Source: Pavona decussata (Eukaryota). From it: a stretch of 64,000 nucleotides of DNA. The first letter of the stretch is position 1, and each line of letters opens with the position of its first letter. Under the pieces are notes generated by a model, which did no database searches, was not told the origin of the DNA, and was given only the letters and a program-made list of their open reading frames with translations. The translations under genes and the position numbers were made by a program. Positions 1 to 12,900 of this stretch are shown here, in pieces. The stretch spans positions 310,001 through 374,000 of the forward strand of contig CDRNST010000080.1 in assembly GCA_977016875.1 (NCBI GenBank), written 5' to 3'.

Positions 1-300
1 GCTACTTTTAAAACGTTTGGTGTTTATCCTAGGTAACTGATTAGTACTTCTTCTTAATCTAAGGGAGGACGCTTTAGCTTGGGGCAACATATGGTACAAC
101 GGGTGAGAACCGTCGCTGCTAATTTTATTGAAAAGTTTCTTATCACATTTTTCCAAGAGCTCGTTGATATTGTAAAATTTTGAGGAGTAACGCCTCTTAA
201 AACATCTTTCCAGGAAGTATTGTGCAGTAATTCAAATTGCTTGGCATGCGCCATAAACAGGGAGACCTTACATTATTTTAGGACGAACGATCGCTTTAGA
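1..300 (-). mobile_element. Degenerate non-LTR retrotransposon (CR1/L2/Rex1-group) ORF2 C-terminal fragment, running off the window start
   Basis: Minus-strand frames read KAIVRPKIM*GLPVYGAC, then after a frameshift ...FLERCFKRRY...LLEKCDKKLFNKI...HPLYHMLP...LRLRR...LPRINTKRFKSS. These resemble post-RT C-terminal motifs of CR1-group LINEs. Confidence 0.6.
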
Positions 301-723
301 AATATGACCAATTTCGTCTTGGGTTTATGGGATTATGGATCTGGGATCATGGGCTAGTTTCCTTGTTTGATTAGATTCTTGTTTACTGTATTAAATCAAT
401 AGATGTAAACCAAAACTGTTGCTCTCCGCCGGCGTGATACACTGTGTTGATGAGCGCGTTACCGAGAATTATCCGCTGTCCTAGATCGGAAAAACGGACG
501 AAGTGTCGAGGAGAGTCCAAAAAGTCAACATTGTTAGCCATAGAGTTTGTGTCGTGATCTCCTGTACATTAATCCTAGGTTCTACAAACATTTCCTACAT
601 TTTCTAATATCCCAATAAAGCTCAGTGTCATTTCTTTGTTTACTTAAAAGTAGGTGGTGGTCAACTAGAAAGCCTTTCGTGCTACTTCGACCACCACACA
701 CATTTTATAATCTGTACTGTAAT

Positions 724-894
724 AGACCATTTCCGAGTTGCTTTGAACCTCATTGTGTAAGCGAGGTTAAGTGCAAAGTTTTTGTTATGAAAATTAGTTT
801 TCATTCATATGCGAACAAATCTAATTTTCATATGAAAAGTTTTGCACTTAGCCTCGCTTTCATAGTGAGGTTCACAGCAACTCGGAAATGGCTT
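724..894. mobile_element. Palindromic MITE flanked by AT
   Basis: Termini AGACCATTTCCGAGTTGC / GCAACTCGGAAATGGCTT. The whole element is an imperfect palindrome with AT on both sides. Confidence 0.75.
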
Positions 895-937
895 ATTATT
901 TTATCTTGTAATCATCTGTTGTAACTCTACTTTTCTT

Positions 938-970
<33 letters not shown>

Positions 971-2112
971 AATGAACCCCCCTCTACAGCTGTTGTCTGA
1001 GATACCAAAGTGATGTAATAATACTATCCAAAATGACGTCTACTAGTTATCGATAAACAATGTTGACTCACTCGTCTGTGTTAGGAGGCGGAGGGTAGTG
1101 GGAGTGGGTGGGTTGCTCCATGGTCAATCATCTTCACAAATGTTCACAATTGTCACTGCTACAACAATCATCATTTATTTCAGGCACCTATTGTTCTTTG
1201 GTCCTGTTGGGCTCTCTTGTTAGCACCCTCTAGTCCAAAAAGTGACAAAAGTAGACAAAAGTAGCCTGTTTCTTCTTGCATTTTCATGGCCACATTAAAT
1301 TCAAGACGGACCAAAGTTCGTTCGCTGATCTATTAAAAAAAGCTCTGAATTAATTATCTTTTCATAAAATGTAAGAAAACTTGAAGTGTGACCTATAACT
1401 TGGCTGTTCTTGAGTGAAGATGTTCTAAACTCTGTTAAAGAGAAGGTACGTCCATTTATTCGTAACATTTAAATTTAGTATCTTATGTGGGACTAAAACC
1501 TTCCTTTGATAATTTATGAGTGTGTTACCGGAGGGTTTAGCATTTGACAAACGTTCAACGAGAGATAATTTTACGGCTCGACATAGCTCAGTTTAGCGGC
1601 TGCTCCTTTTTATGAAAACGATTTTCAGTAAGGCATTTCAACGCCAGAAAACCTTTCTGCTTTCTTGCGCCTATGACGAGCAGCTCAATTCTGAACTCAA
1701 TCGGTGCGAACTGAATGTTTGGTTTATCAACAGAGTTGATAACATTCGGCCACTGTAAAGAGATTCGACTGCTCACGTCTTGAGCGTTAGCCCTCCGTCT
1801 GAGCCAATCCGAGATTACTTACTGTCGCGGCATTTTTAGTCGCATCCCCGCAAAAGGTATGCCCTAGTCGGAGAGAGAGCGTGGGTGAACAAATGATTTA
1901 ACGTGGTGTTCATCGTAAGTCAATACATCTATACATGTACTGATCTAGCGAGTCTTAATTTCCAATCATCTTCAGTGGAGCATCGGATAAGAGGAGCCTT
2001 TACTTGCAGGATTTTGCTCTACTTCTTACTAACGGGAAGCCTCAACGCTAAACAATAAAGCTCGGTAATTAATTGCTTGTTTTATTACAGCGAAGAGGTA
2101 CAGGCCGGTAAA

Positions 2113-2209
2113 ATGGAACATAATTTTATGCTCTTATTGCCAGTGGGGAAGATGTCATACGCATTGGTGTTCATTCTGTTGATTGCCTCTGGATTCTGTT
2201 CTGTTGAAG
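2113..2209 (+). CDS. Gene A first coding exon: signal peptide
   Basis: [32 protein letters not shown] followed by a G|GTAAG donor. An acceptor-like TTATTACAG ending at 2090 suggests an upstream non-coding exon. Confidence 0.75.
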
Positions 2210-5200
2210 GTAAGCTCAACTGCAATAAAACGAGACTTCTTCAATTTTAGTTTCTTCATTCGAATGAACAGGGATCACAAATCCTACTCGTAAAATAATT
2301 GAACTGAATGAATTTGTAATTGTAATTGTCCAGTATTTGTTCTCAGAAATTTAATGACACCCCTTGCTCTGCCTAAAAACGTTCTCGAAGCACAAAAACA
2401 TTTTGTGATATCAGTTTTAAATTGGTAAAAACTTTGAAGAGAATTCTAAGCAAAACATAGGTTTTCAGGTGCAGTGCCCCCTTAAAAAAGTTTGCTAGGA
2501 CGTTGTAGCTAGCAGTAGCCCCATAAGTCGCAGTGCCGATTGATGTTGCGATGTCAACAAAGCAACTTATATTTCTCAATTCCATCTTTTATAGTGCCTC
2601 CTAAGCGTCACCGCTAATTTTTTCAGTAAAACATAAGAAATTATTGTCTTCCTCTGCGTTGTCCAGCGGCTAAGAAAAAAAATACTTATATGTATTTCAG
2701 ACAGTTTTACTGTTTTCTTAACTAGTAACATTACATTTGGTCAGCCATATATCTTTTACAACTATTGCTAACTTGAAGCAGGGGCAATTAACCGTGCGAG
2801 AAGTCGTTTTAGATCTTTCTTACCACCGGCAGACCAATCCCGATATGCAGTGCCTGACTATATATTAACTTTTTGTTTCGAGTAATACTTTAGAAGTCAC
2901 GCTAGGACACTTTGAGATTGTGGCCCAAACTAAGGTAAAAGCGTGTTGCCTTTCGTTTGTTTCCACAGAAAACTTGCTGACTGAAGATATTGATCTTATT
3001 GAGGGTGACATGAAACTAACTGTAGACCAGAAGCTGGAACTTCTCGCTAGATTTCGGGGACATACAAGCTTTAAAGCCACAAAGCTCTGGCCTGGAGGGG
3101 TGCTAATATTTGATATTGACCCATCCCTAGGTAAGAGTACTCCACATCACCCCTACCGCAATTTTAATTTTAATTTTAATTGTTGTTAAAACAACTTGTG
3201 CGTGTAATAATGATTTCTAGTGAACGTAAGCAAAAAGAGAGACGCCTGAATGCGCATACGTTCTCTCAAAATATTCTTTTTACGCCGGATGCCCTGAAGG
3301 GGCATACCATGTCTAAAAACGGGTCGATTTCTTTTTTTTTTTTTTTCCGTTTTTTTTTTTTCTTCCTCGTAGCTACAAATGTGTACATTAATTTATTCAT
3401 TAAACTATCCCCTCTCCTACCCAGGATGTATTGTCCTGATTGTCTTCAACAAAAGAAGGCCAATCAAAATCCTTTTTTGTCGCTTATATCGCGAGGGAGG
3501 GGACCCACTCACCCTTACCTGGGTGACGTCAACGCATCATTTGATTTCTTCATTAAAATTGCATTAAATTGTGGCGCCATATTGTTTATAACATGTTCTG
3601 GACTCTAGTGTGCCGTTTTCAAACGGAAATTTCACCATTTTGAAGCGGTGAATCGAAAGAATAACTTCTTAGAAGCACCCGACATTTAAAACGGTGGAAA
3701 TTGGTGAGTTCCTGGCGAAGGAATTGTGCTTTGTTTGACAGTCTTAGACCACGACGCGAGACTGAAAAGAGGTCATTGAGAAGCTTATGTTACCGTAATG
3801 GAATTTCAAAAATTTCCAGTGAAAGTCTGGGTCACGTAATACAAGGGAAACAACGTAACGCGATCGTCGTGACTCAAACTATTCCATTAGCAAGGATAGA
3901 TTTATCAATCGGCGAAGCATACAGTTGGAATAAATGAATCAGCCCCAGCATCACGCGTAATGCCAGTGTAGCAGGCATCTTGTTTTCAGAAAATCGATAG
4001 TTTAAATAAATTAATCCTAGTTAATGCGAAAAAGATTCTGGGACCGTTCGTTTTTTATTTTTTCAAAGAATTTGTATCTTAGTCAAAATCTTTATTTTGT
4101 TCAAATAGTTCCAGTTAATTCTCATTTTGTTGCACACCCTGTGAGCAAACGTTCCTTGGTTGTCCTGTGTACCGGAGAGCAAAGATAGCGCGACCAAGGA
4201 ACCTTTGCTCACAGAATAACTGCTACCCGGATATTAAACCCTTTTATTCTTACGTTACAGCCAAAGACATGAGGGCTGTGACTGCAATATGGCGAGCTAT
4301 GGGGGAATTTGAGCGAAAAACTTGCATCAGATTTCAGAGAAGAAAAAATGAAGATGCTTATGTATCGTTCTTTCATGGAGAAGGGTGGGTTTTATCTGTT
4401 GTTACTTCCATATCGCACCACTTTTTGTGCATGTGATTTAGTCCGTTGATGAAATCTGAAGGTACCTGTGGTGGTATTCATTACACAAGATGATTTTATA
4501 ATTTGAATCTCGATGGACTCCTTAAGTGTTGCGCTACTCATTATGCTTTACAAAGTAACTTTAGATTCCTGGACGAAATCATGATTTTCCAAATGAAAGC
4601 TAATGAACAGTACTTGCGAATTCATATGGTTCTGTGTCTTTCATGAAATTTGTCTTATTTGTGATATAAATTGTGTCTGTTGAAATAAGGAAGCGCCGTA
4701 TAACCAAGATGAGCCATAGTTTATCGAACCTTTTCATTTCATTTTACCCGACGAAGACTGTAGGTCAAACAGTCGAAAGTTTGGATTTTTTTTTTATAAA
4801 AAATTTTATTCAGACAACGTTTTAAGTCTTCAGTATAAATTGGGTCCATTTATGAGAGAAAAATAACACCCCGAAACGACGTCTGTTTACTAAAGCTTTG
4901 ATCTCTGGCATGTCAACTCCACCTTCCAGTTTATCACCAACCAACCAACCAACCAACCAACCAACCAAACAAACGTTTTACATATTACATACGTTTTACA
5001 TATTACATGCATGGATATTACATGCCTGGAAAAATCAGGAAAAGCCAATTCCTTGCTGAAAGACGATAAACTATTTTGGATGGGATTCGCTACTTAAACC
5101 AGTCAGCTCTCGTTGGCCTCTAAATGCTTCGAGCTGAGACGAGCCTTCCATTAATGTCGTTAAGTTATATGAAAACGTCAGCGGTCACGACGGCGGGGCC

Positions 5201-8200
5201 AACATTGTACACTGCAACGAAATCGGGCTTTACATAATCAGTAGACACATACCCAGTCGCTATTTACGTGTTTTGTTGGATGAGAAGATTTGATACGAGG
5301 ATGGATTGAGGCGCGCGGGGTGTCAAGGGAAGAGGCGAAGGAAAAAGAACGACTGGCAGATTTCGATCCAATATGGCGTTCGTCCGAAGAGTGATTTCTT
5401 TTTTGTTGGCTTGTAATGTCGTGCTGCGGTAATGGCTTCTTCGCGGGAATATTCGCGGAAAGACGAAATATAACTGTGATACTAACCTTCGATCCACAAT
5501 TCACTGAAAGAACTGTCCAAATCACCCACATCGTCATCCCGCGAAGAAGCCATTACGGCAGCACGACATTACAAGCAAACAAAAAAGAAATAACTCATCG
5601 GACGAACGCTTTAGCGCGTTAAATACCAAACTAGAACCGGCAGTGAATTTTAAGTGCAAGAAATGTCTAAAATTACTCCGTTTTCTTGAAAAAGAGCACT
5701 GCACGGTTCCAGGCACGATTGCACGGATCTGTCAAACGAATCTGCCAGTCGCTATTTTTCCTTCGCCTCTTCCCATGACACCCCGCGCGCCTCAATCCAT
5801 CCTCGTATCCAATCTTCTCACCCCACAAAACACGTAAATAGCGACTGGGTACGAGTCTGCACAATCAGCTTTATTACTTAGGTAGGCGTTCTGTTTTGTT
5901 CTTATTTCAGATGCTGGTCATATGTTGGAAAAACTGGATCAAAACAACTTCTCTCACTCACCCAAAACTGCTGGTTTCGCGGTACTGTAGTACACGAGAT
6001 TGGTAAGTTGGGACGTTGATTCTAAATCAATGAAAATACTTGCTCCCGGCCAAATACTTTCCCTTTCTCTTTTGCGAGAACAAGAATGTCTATGGGCCAG
6101 GCTAAAATGATCCTATTTGCATTCAAAATCAGTACACTCCATTTATTGCTTTTTGCTTTTTTTTTTGTTAGAAAAAATTGATATTTGTAAACTTTCGTCC
6201 TCTGTTGAACAGTAAAACGTAAGAGTGATACATTTTTAAGAAATAAAACCTTAGCGTACGCAAAAGTTTGGCCTAGTTTCAATTAATTTAATTTTAACTC
6301 ATTTTATTTTATTACGTTAGATTGACCATCTAATGAGAATTAAAGAAAAGCTTCCAGTAATTTGTTCTTCTACGAATTTAATTGTAGACCTTTTTTACGG
6401 TTCCTGACACCACTTTGGTTGGGGGGGGTGGGGGTGGGGGAGGGTTGGCTGGTGGGTGGCAAAGACTTTAAATGTATGTGATTTTGACGATATCTGAACC
6501 ACTATAACTCCTCTCAGATCGTATCAGATTTTACCATCGAATTTGTTTCCGAAAAGATACCTTTCCTAAGATTACTTAGAAGTCTTATGGTTTCTCCTAA
6601 GTCTTCCTCGCCACTTTCTCTGTAATATATAATATTTTTTGTACTCTTATTTTGCTTTTTTGTAACGTGTGTGGTGAAAAAGCAAACAATACTTTTGCCA
6701 ATTGATTTATAGAGGAAAGATTCAGACTATAACGGCTGTAAAGGAAATTCTAAAACTTCATACAAACACCTATTAGTAGGTAGTAAAATATGCGGGCAAC
6801 ATTAGACAATTTGGAATGGTTGTTCACGAATTCTATTATTCAAAGAATTTCTTTTATTTGGAACGGCCAGATTTACGGACTCTTAAAGTAGTCCAAAATC
6901 CCGCTCATTTGTAAACTGTAAATATTTAGCCGTGTTTTTCCAGAAACGAAGATGGCATTAGAGAGCGTGAAAGGGTTGTATTCTGACTTACCGATCTCAT
7001 GCAAATATTGTGTAATTATTTGTTCCCATTTGTTTAACAGCTCACGCACTAGGATGCTTTCACGAACAGTCGCGCCTCGACAGAGATTATTTTGTGACTA
7101 TCAGGTGGAAAAATATTATGGAGGGTAAGAGTTAAAAGAACCAGGAAGGTTAGCCAGATATGAAAGACAGAAAAATTCAGTCACAAGCAGAATTGATGAG
7201 CAATCTATAGCAGAATAGATGAGCTCCCTTATTTTTATTCCAGTTTGAAATGGGACTGATTTTCTAAAACGCAAACAGCCATTTTAAAACTAGCTGACTT
7301 ACAGAGCTCAGTTTATTTGTAATTCATTTCAAGGCAGCACCGGAGAAATATCCATTGCAATCGCGATATGGATTCTTAACCACTGAAAAAAAAATCACAA
7401 CTTTATCACAGCCTTGATTTTGGAATAACTGTAACCTCTAAACAAACAAACCAATAAACAAATAAACAAAAAAGTCAACAAATGAAAAAAAGTAAACAAA
7501 TTTAAAGCGAACACACAGAAAACAAAAGGCTTCACATTTTAAATATTTCTTCGTTCTTGAAGTTTTTCTTGTTCTTTCGGAAAGCCTTTTAATCGTATGC
7601 TTTCGCAATTCATGGTTACGGACATAAATAGTTCTTAATGTCCTTACTGTTCTTTACTCTTGTCGTGTAGCTGCAGAAGATAACTTCAAAAAGCACGCGT
7701 CAATTGACTCTCAAGGGACTCCGTACGATTACCAGAGCGTGATGCATTATGGACCAAGATTCTTTTCCAAAAACGGAAGGCCAACAATCGTTGCCAAGAA
7801 ATCTCGGGTAAGTGAACAGTCGCCTTTAGCTTGCTAAAAATCAATCTTTGAGCAGTGCTTCTCAGTGGGGAACCAATCCGATTATTACTTTTTGCAATGG
7901 ACTAATTCAGCTGTATCAAGCGGTTTTTTATTGAGTGTTCAAAGAAACTTCGTGTTCCTTTTAGAGTTGGTTACTAAGCCGTGTGATTGGTTAAAAAATA
8001 ACACTCGCGCCAGCGCCACTTTCTCAACCAATTGGAAGGCAAACCAAAACCAATCGCGCCCGGCTCACACACCCTTTCCCGCACTTGGCACCATTCAACT
8101 GCATTGTTCTGATTGGACAGGTTCATTGGGCTGCTTACGTTCTCCGTTATTGACCAGAGTGATCACTCAGTTGAATTTAGTTTTACGACACACGATTGAA

Positions 8201-9865
8201 AATCGCTTTAACGTAATAAATTTTGTTCTTCTGTAGGTTACCATTGGACAGAGGGAAGGCTTGAGCACATTGGACGCAATTAAAATAAATTTGTTATACA
8301 AGGATATATGTAGTTCCTGTAAGTATTTTTTTCAAAACAGAGTTACGGTAGTAACTTACTTCAAAGCAATACAGTTTTCGCTTTAAGGTTGTTTGCTAAC
8401 TATAATAAACAAATTAACCAAAGGTACTTAGATACCTTATGGTGTAAGACACCATTCTTGTCGTACGATTTGCAGCGATCTAAACCAAAGACTTTTTTTA
8501 CAAGAGAATAGAGTCAGAGGCGAAAAGCAAGTTTTAGACCTTTGAACCGAGTGGTCCAGCAGCTCAAAATGTAGAGCGTCCAGCCAGTTAAATAACACGC
8601 GAATTTGATGACATTTCAAAACCCCAAAATGTTGTCTGTCAAAAGAAACCACAAAAAATATATTGTCTAGTTTACGTATAAGTTACCACCCCAGTATGAC
8701 AAAACTGTCGATTGGTACCTCTGGCCAGAGACAGAGTGATTGAAATAGACTGAAACTTGAAAAACGTTAGGTTAATGTTTTTCAAGTTATCGCATTTTTG
8801 TTTCCAAAATGCGCTAGAACAGCCTGAGATCACGAATTGTTTCCTTGCTCTCGTTGTTCTAGAATTATTATTTTTTGCTTAGTTAAGGGCTTATGTCACC
8901 ACCTTTAACAAAAGCCGGAGGTAAAAAAAAAATGACACTTCCGCTTTTAGGATTCGATTGTCGTCAGGTAATCGGGTTTTGTCTTTTTTGTTTTTTAAAA
9001 ATCCTAGTAGCAACAGTATCCACGCCTTCTCCCTCATCACCCACCGCAATGCTGAACAATTCGTCTTCAACCGGTTAGTATACGAATTCAGGGAAACATA
9101 ACATTAATATATGTTCCCTTTATCTGCGTAGTATTTAAATATGCATTCAGTACTGCAATTAGTCAATTAAGAAATAAGATTGGTTAACAGGCCGAATAAT
9201 ATCTGATCGGAGACTCAGGGAATGGTGTTGCCGACAAACTTTATTATCAGTTCACATGGAACACAGTCAGCTAGTAGCCAATTACGTTTGTGCGAGAAAA
9301 AAATGGTCACTTGATCACTTTAAAATAATTCCATAGAGACGAATTTTCGGATTCATAACCTAAGGCAAGCACACATCATAAGACTATGAATGCTAACACT
9401 TTTTAAAATCATCTAACCATCTAAAAGAAATAAGACAATACTGCAATCCAATATAAGAAAATATCGATCATGATCATGTCTTACCTTGGATAACTTATCT
9501 GGCCACGTCTTCATGTCTTACAATTCCAGGTATTCCTCTTCCTCCTTCCCGACCTCCGACGAAGCCAAATGCTCCACCCGTCACGACTGGTAAGTATCAC
9601 AATGAGCAGTAAATGTCTGGAGACACTGAGGAACGTGTGCAGGGTGTTCATGACGTTTGTGGGATACTAACTTTCAGACAACTTTTTTTCAAGATCTTTT
9701 TGTGAGTACCGAAACACATTTCATCTCTTTTGTTTTGGATTTGTAGTACTTTTAGTCGTTTGTCAATTTCTTTCGTCTCATGTCCTCTGGCCCTCACTGA
9801 AGAAAACCGAAGCTGTGGAATGTGAGGGCGTTATTTTTTGGCGATGGTTAAACGCCAGAAGCACC

Positions 9866-9907
<42 letters not shown>

Positions 9908-12900
9908 GGACGTTAACTCTAACTATAATCACTACGTCGCAGAATCTTTCCTCCAAGAAAATGTCCTTCTGCATAAAATCTTCAAATAACATTTTTGTTG
10001 TGTTCTAGTTACTCCTCCAGTTCCTCCCAGTCCACCACATTCATTCACACCAAGTAAGTCGGATTTTTCTTCCTGCATACATCATTTTGACCGTTGGCCG
10101 CTAACGAGCCATGGCAAGTGCGGGGCGTATAATTGTTTCTCTTGGACAAGTTCCTTCTACATCAAATACTAAGATGATATTTTTGCTGTGTTCTAGCATT
10201 TCCTCCAGTTCCTTCCAGTCCGCCACATTCACCATATCCACCCACACCAAGTAAGTTGGATTTCTCAACTTTCTAGATTTAAAAAACGTTGTCCCGTGCA
10301 AGGTGGGAACGATATGACCCGTTGGCATTATGGGTAATCTAATCAGCATGCATTAATAAGCTCATAGGTCTAACGTTTCCCAGCAAGCTGTTGGGTCTTA
10401 TCGTTCATGGTTTATACTGACCTTCTACATGAGAACGGTTTTTCAGTTTATACATCATTTGAAATTGTTGCCACTTAACCCAGGCAGGGCAATTGCATTG
10501 CATAACCACATTATGTGTGTTTAAGATGGCGACAAATATAGTGATCATAAAATTTCTTTCAAAAAATATTTTACTATAGCTTTCTATAGCAAAATCTTTC
10601 TAACCGAGAAGTGATTGGGGAGTGGGAGGGGGGGGGGGGGGGAGGGCTACAACACAGCAAAGATTTTAGCCAATGGAGGGGGGGGGGAGCTTCTTTAGAC
10701 GTCATGGGCTGGAATTGGATATTTTTCTGGAGGTTATTGAATAAAAGGGTAGTCTACTCAAGGTATGCGCCGACATAATACACCGTCACGATCTTAATTT
10801 TATTTTGGAAAGGTATATAAAGAAGAACATCAATACATCTTTCTTCTCTTGCTTCCCTCATGACAAAGGATAATTGTGATTTGATCGAACGATTCATATA
10901 TCAGAAAACAATTATTCCACTTAATATTGTCCGCCATACATGAGCTTATATGCAAGCCTATTCCGTAAAAGAGTTGTATTTGTGTTTGATAAGTTTTCCC
11001 TCGTAATTTTACTCTGTACTTTTTTGTTCAACGTTCACACTGGAATTTTAATAGACAATGTTTATTTAGCCAATCAGAGTGTGTGTAGTATTTGCAATAC
11101 AGTAAATGTCTACCTGTTACTAAACTATAAAAATTATTTCTTCAGAACCTTCAGTCTGTGGATTCAAAGCTTTTCAAGGTCGAATTGTGGGAGGATCCGA
11201 GGCTCCAAGAAATAGTTGGCCGTGGCAGGTGATGTTAATTTCATCAGGAAACCAGTTCTGTGGGGGCTCCTTGGTGCATCCTCTTTGGGTCATAACTGCA
11301 GCTCACTGTGTTCAAGAGAAATCTATATCAAGCTTTCATGTCAGGTGAATTACAAATCTGTATGAACACACTCACCTTCTTAATGGACCATATTCAATAG
11401 TCAATCGAGTCGTGAGACGAAACCAATCTTATCACCATTGTCTTTCACTTTATATACAAACAGCTCCATGAAACCAAGCAAGGTTAGCTTTGATCTTAAT
11501 CAATAAAGTGTAACAAAATTCTCGAATCTGATTAACTGGCGTCTGTTTTTTCAGGTCTCGGTACGAAATCATACTTGTGACCAAGCAAGAATTTAAAAAC
11601 GAAAAGAAAAGAAAAGCTTTCCTGTGGTCACACAATTATGCAAACGAAACAATCGCTTTCTCTTGACCTATGTTTCTCTTCACACGCCTTCTTTCCTTGG
11701 ACTGGAGGCCAAGAGGCACATAGACTAGGTGAGGGAAAGTCGGATTTGTGTCGATTTACCCTCGCCACGTCTACTGTTCCCCTGGATCTCCGAACATGTG
11801 TTAGTTGTGAATTTGTAGCTCAGTTGACGAGGTGTAATAATATAATACCCTTTCAAAATCTTGCATTTATGGTTTAGGCTTGGAGCCCACTACAGAATGC
11901 CAAGTACCAATATCGGAACAGAGCAGGACGTACAAGTTTCAACGATCATTCGCCATCCAAGCTACAACAAGCCAATTCACTTGGCTAACGACGTCGCTCT
12001 TCTCAAGCTTGCAGAACCTGCCAGACTTGGAAAAGGGATTGGGCTTGTCTGCTTGGGAAGCAGTGAACACGATCTCTCTTTTTCTAACAAATCTAAATGT
12101 TTCATTACTGGATGGGGAACGTTGGCTTCTGGTGGAAACCAGCCAAATGTGTTATTGCAAGCTAAAGTTCCTCTGGTTTCGAAAGAACGATGTCTTGCAG
12201 CCTACCCCAGCAGAATCGACGATTCTATGTTGTGTGCAGGTCTGGATCAAGGAGGCATAGATGCCTGTCAGGGTGACAGTGGAGGGCCCTTGGTTTGCGA
12301 GTATCTTCCGCATCGGTGGTTTCTTGAGGGAGTCACAAGCTGGGGATGGGGGTGTGCCGCAGCTGCCAAATTCGGAGTTTATGCAAAAGTGCGTCAGTTT
12401 ACAAAATGGTTAAAGGACACAATGAAACTTTCATCACCAGAAACAGGTGTGCTGTGAGATAGAATAAAATGACAAAGTTATGGAGATTAATCATCAAAAT
12501 AGATACTCTGATGGAGAGGAAAAGTGAGTTTTAATATACTTATCTCTTAGGGACAAAATTCACGTGCACGAATCCCTCTTAAATCAAAGAAACAACAACA
12601 AGAGCTTAAAAACATAAATAAGAAAACCAACCACAACAAAACCATGCGACAAAATCAGTGCAAACGGACAACCCAGTTTTAAAACAACAACAACAACAAC
12701 AACAACGACAATTTCGCGCTTTCGAGTTCATCAGATCACAGACTTGTCTGACAATATAATGTAACTTCATCCTCAAGTTACAACTCGAGAAGCAAACGTT
12801 TATCTTTAGTTATGGTTTGTTTTACATAAATTGCGATAACCTTTCAAAAGCAAACTAAAACTTGCTTAAAAACACCGCGCATGATTTATTTTTAGTTAAA

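Noticed and set aside
2833-2885. Candidate extra exon after ...CCGGCAG in intron 1 of gene A
   Set aside because: In phase 1 it runs into TAA with no phase-compatible donor; direct 2209-2969 splicing is already in frame.
10620-10690. G-runs as functional G-quadruplexes (also near 6416-6460 and 25540-25570)
   Set aside because: Simple homopolymers; the run near 25540 is absent at the paralogous site in gene C, so it is not conserved.
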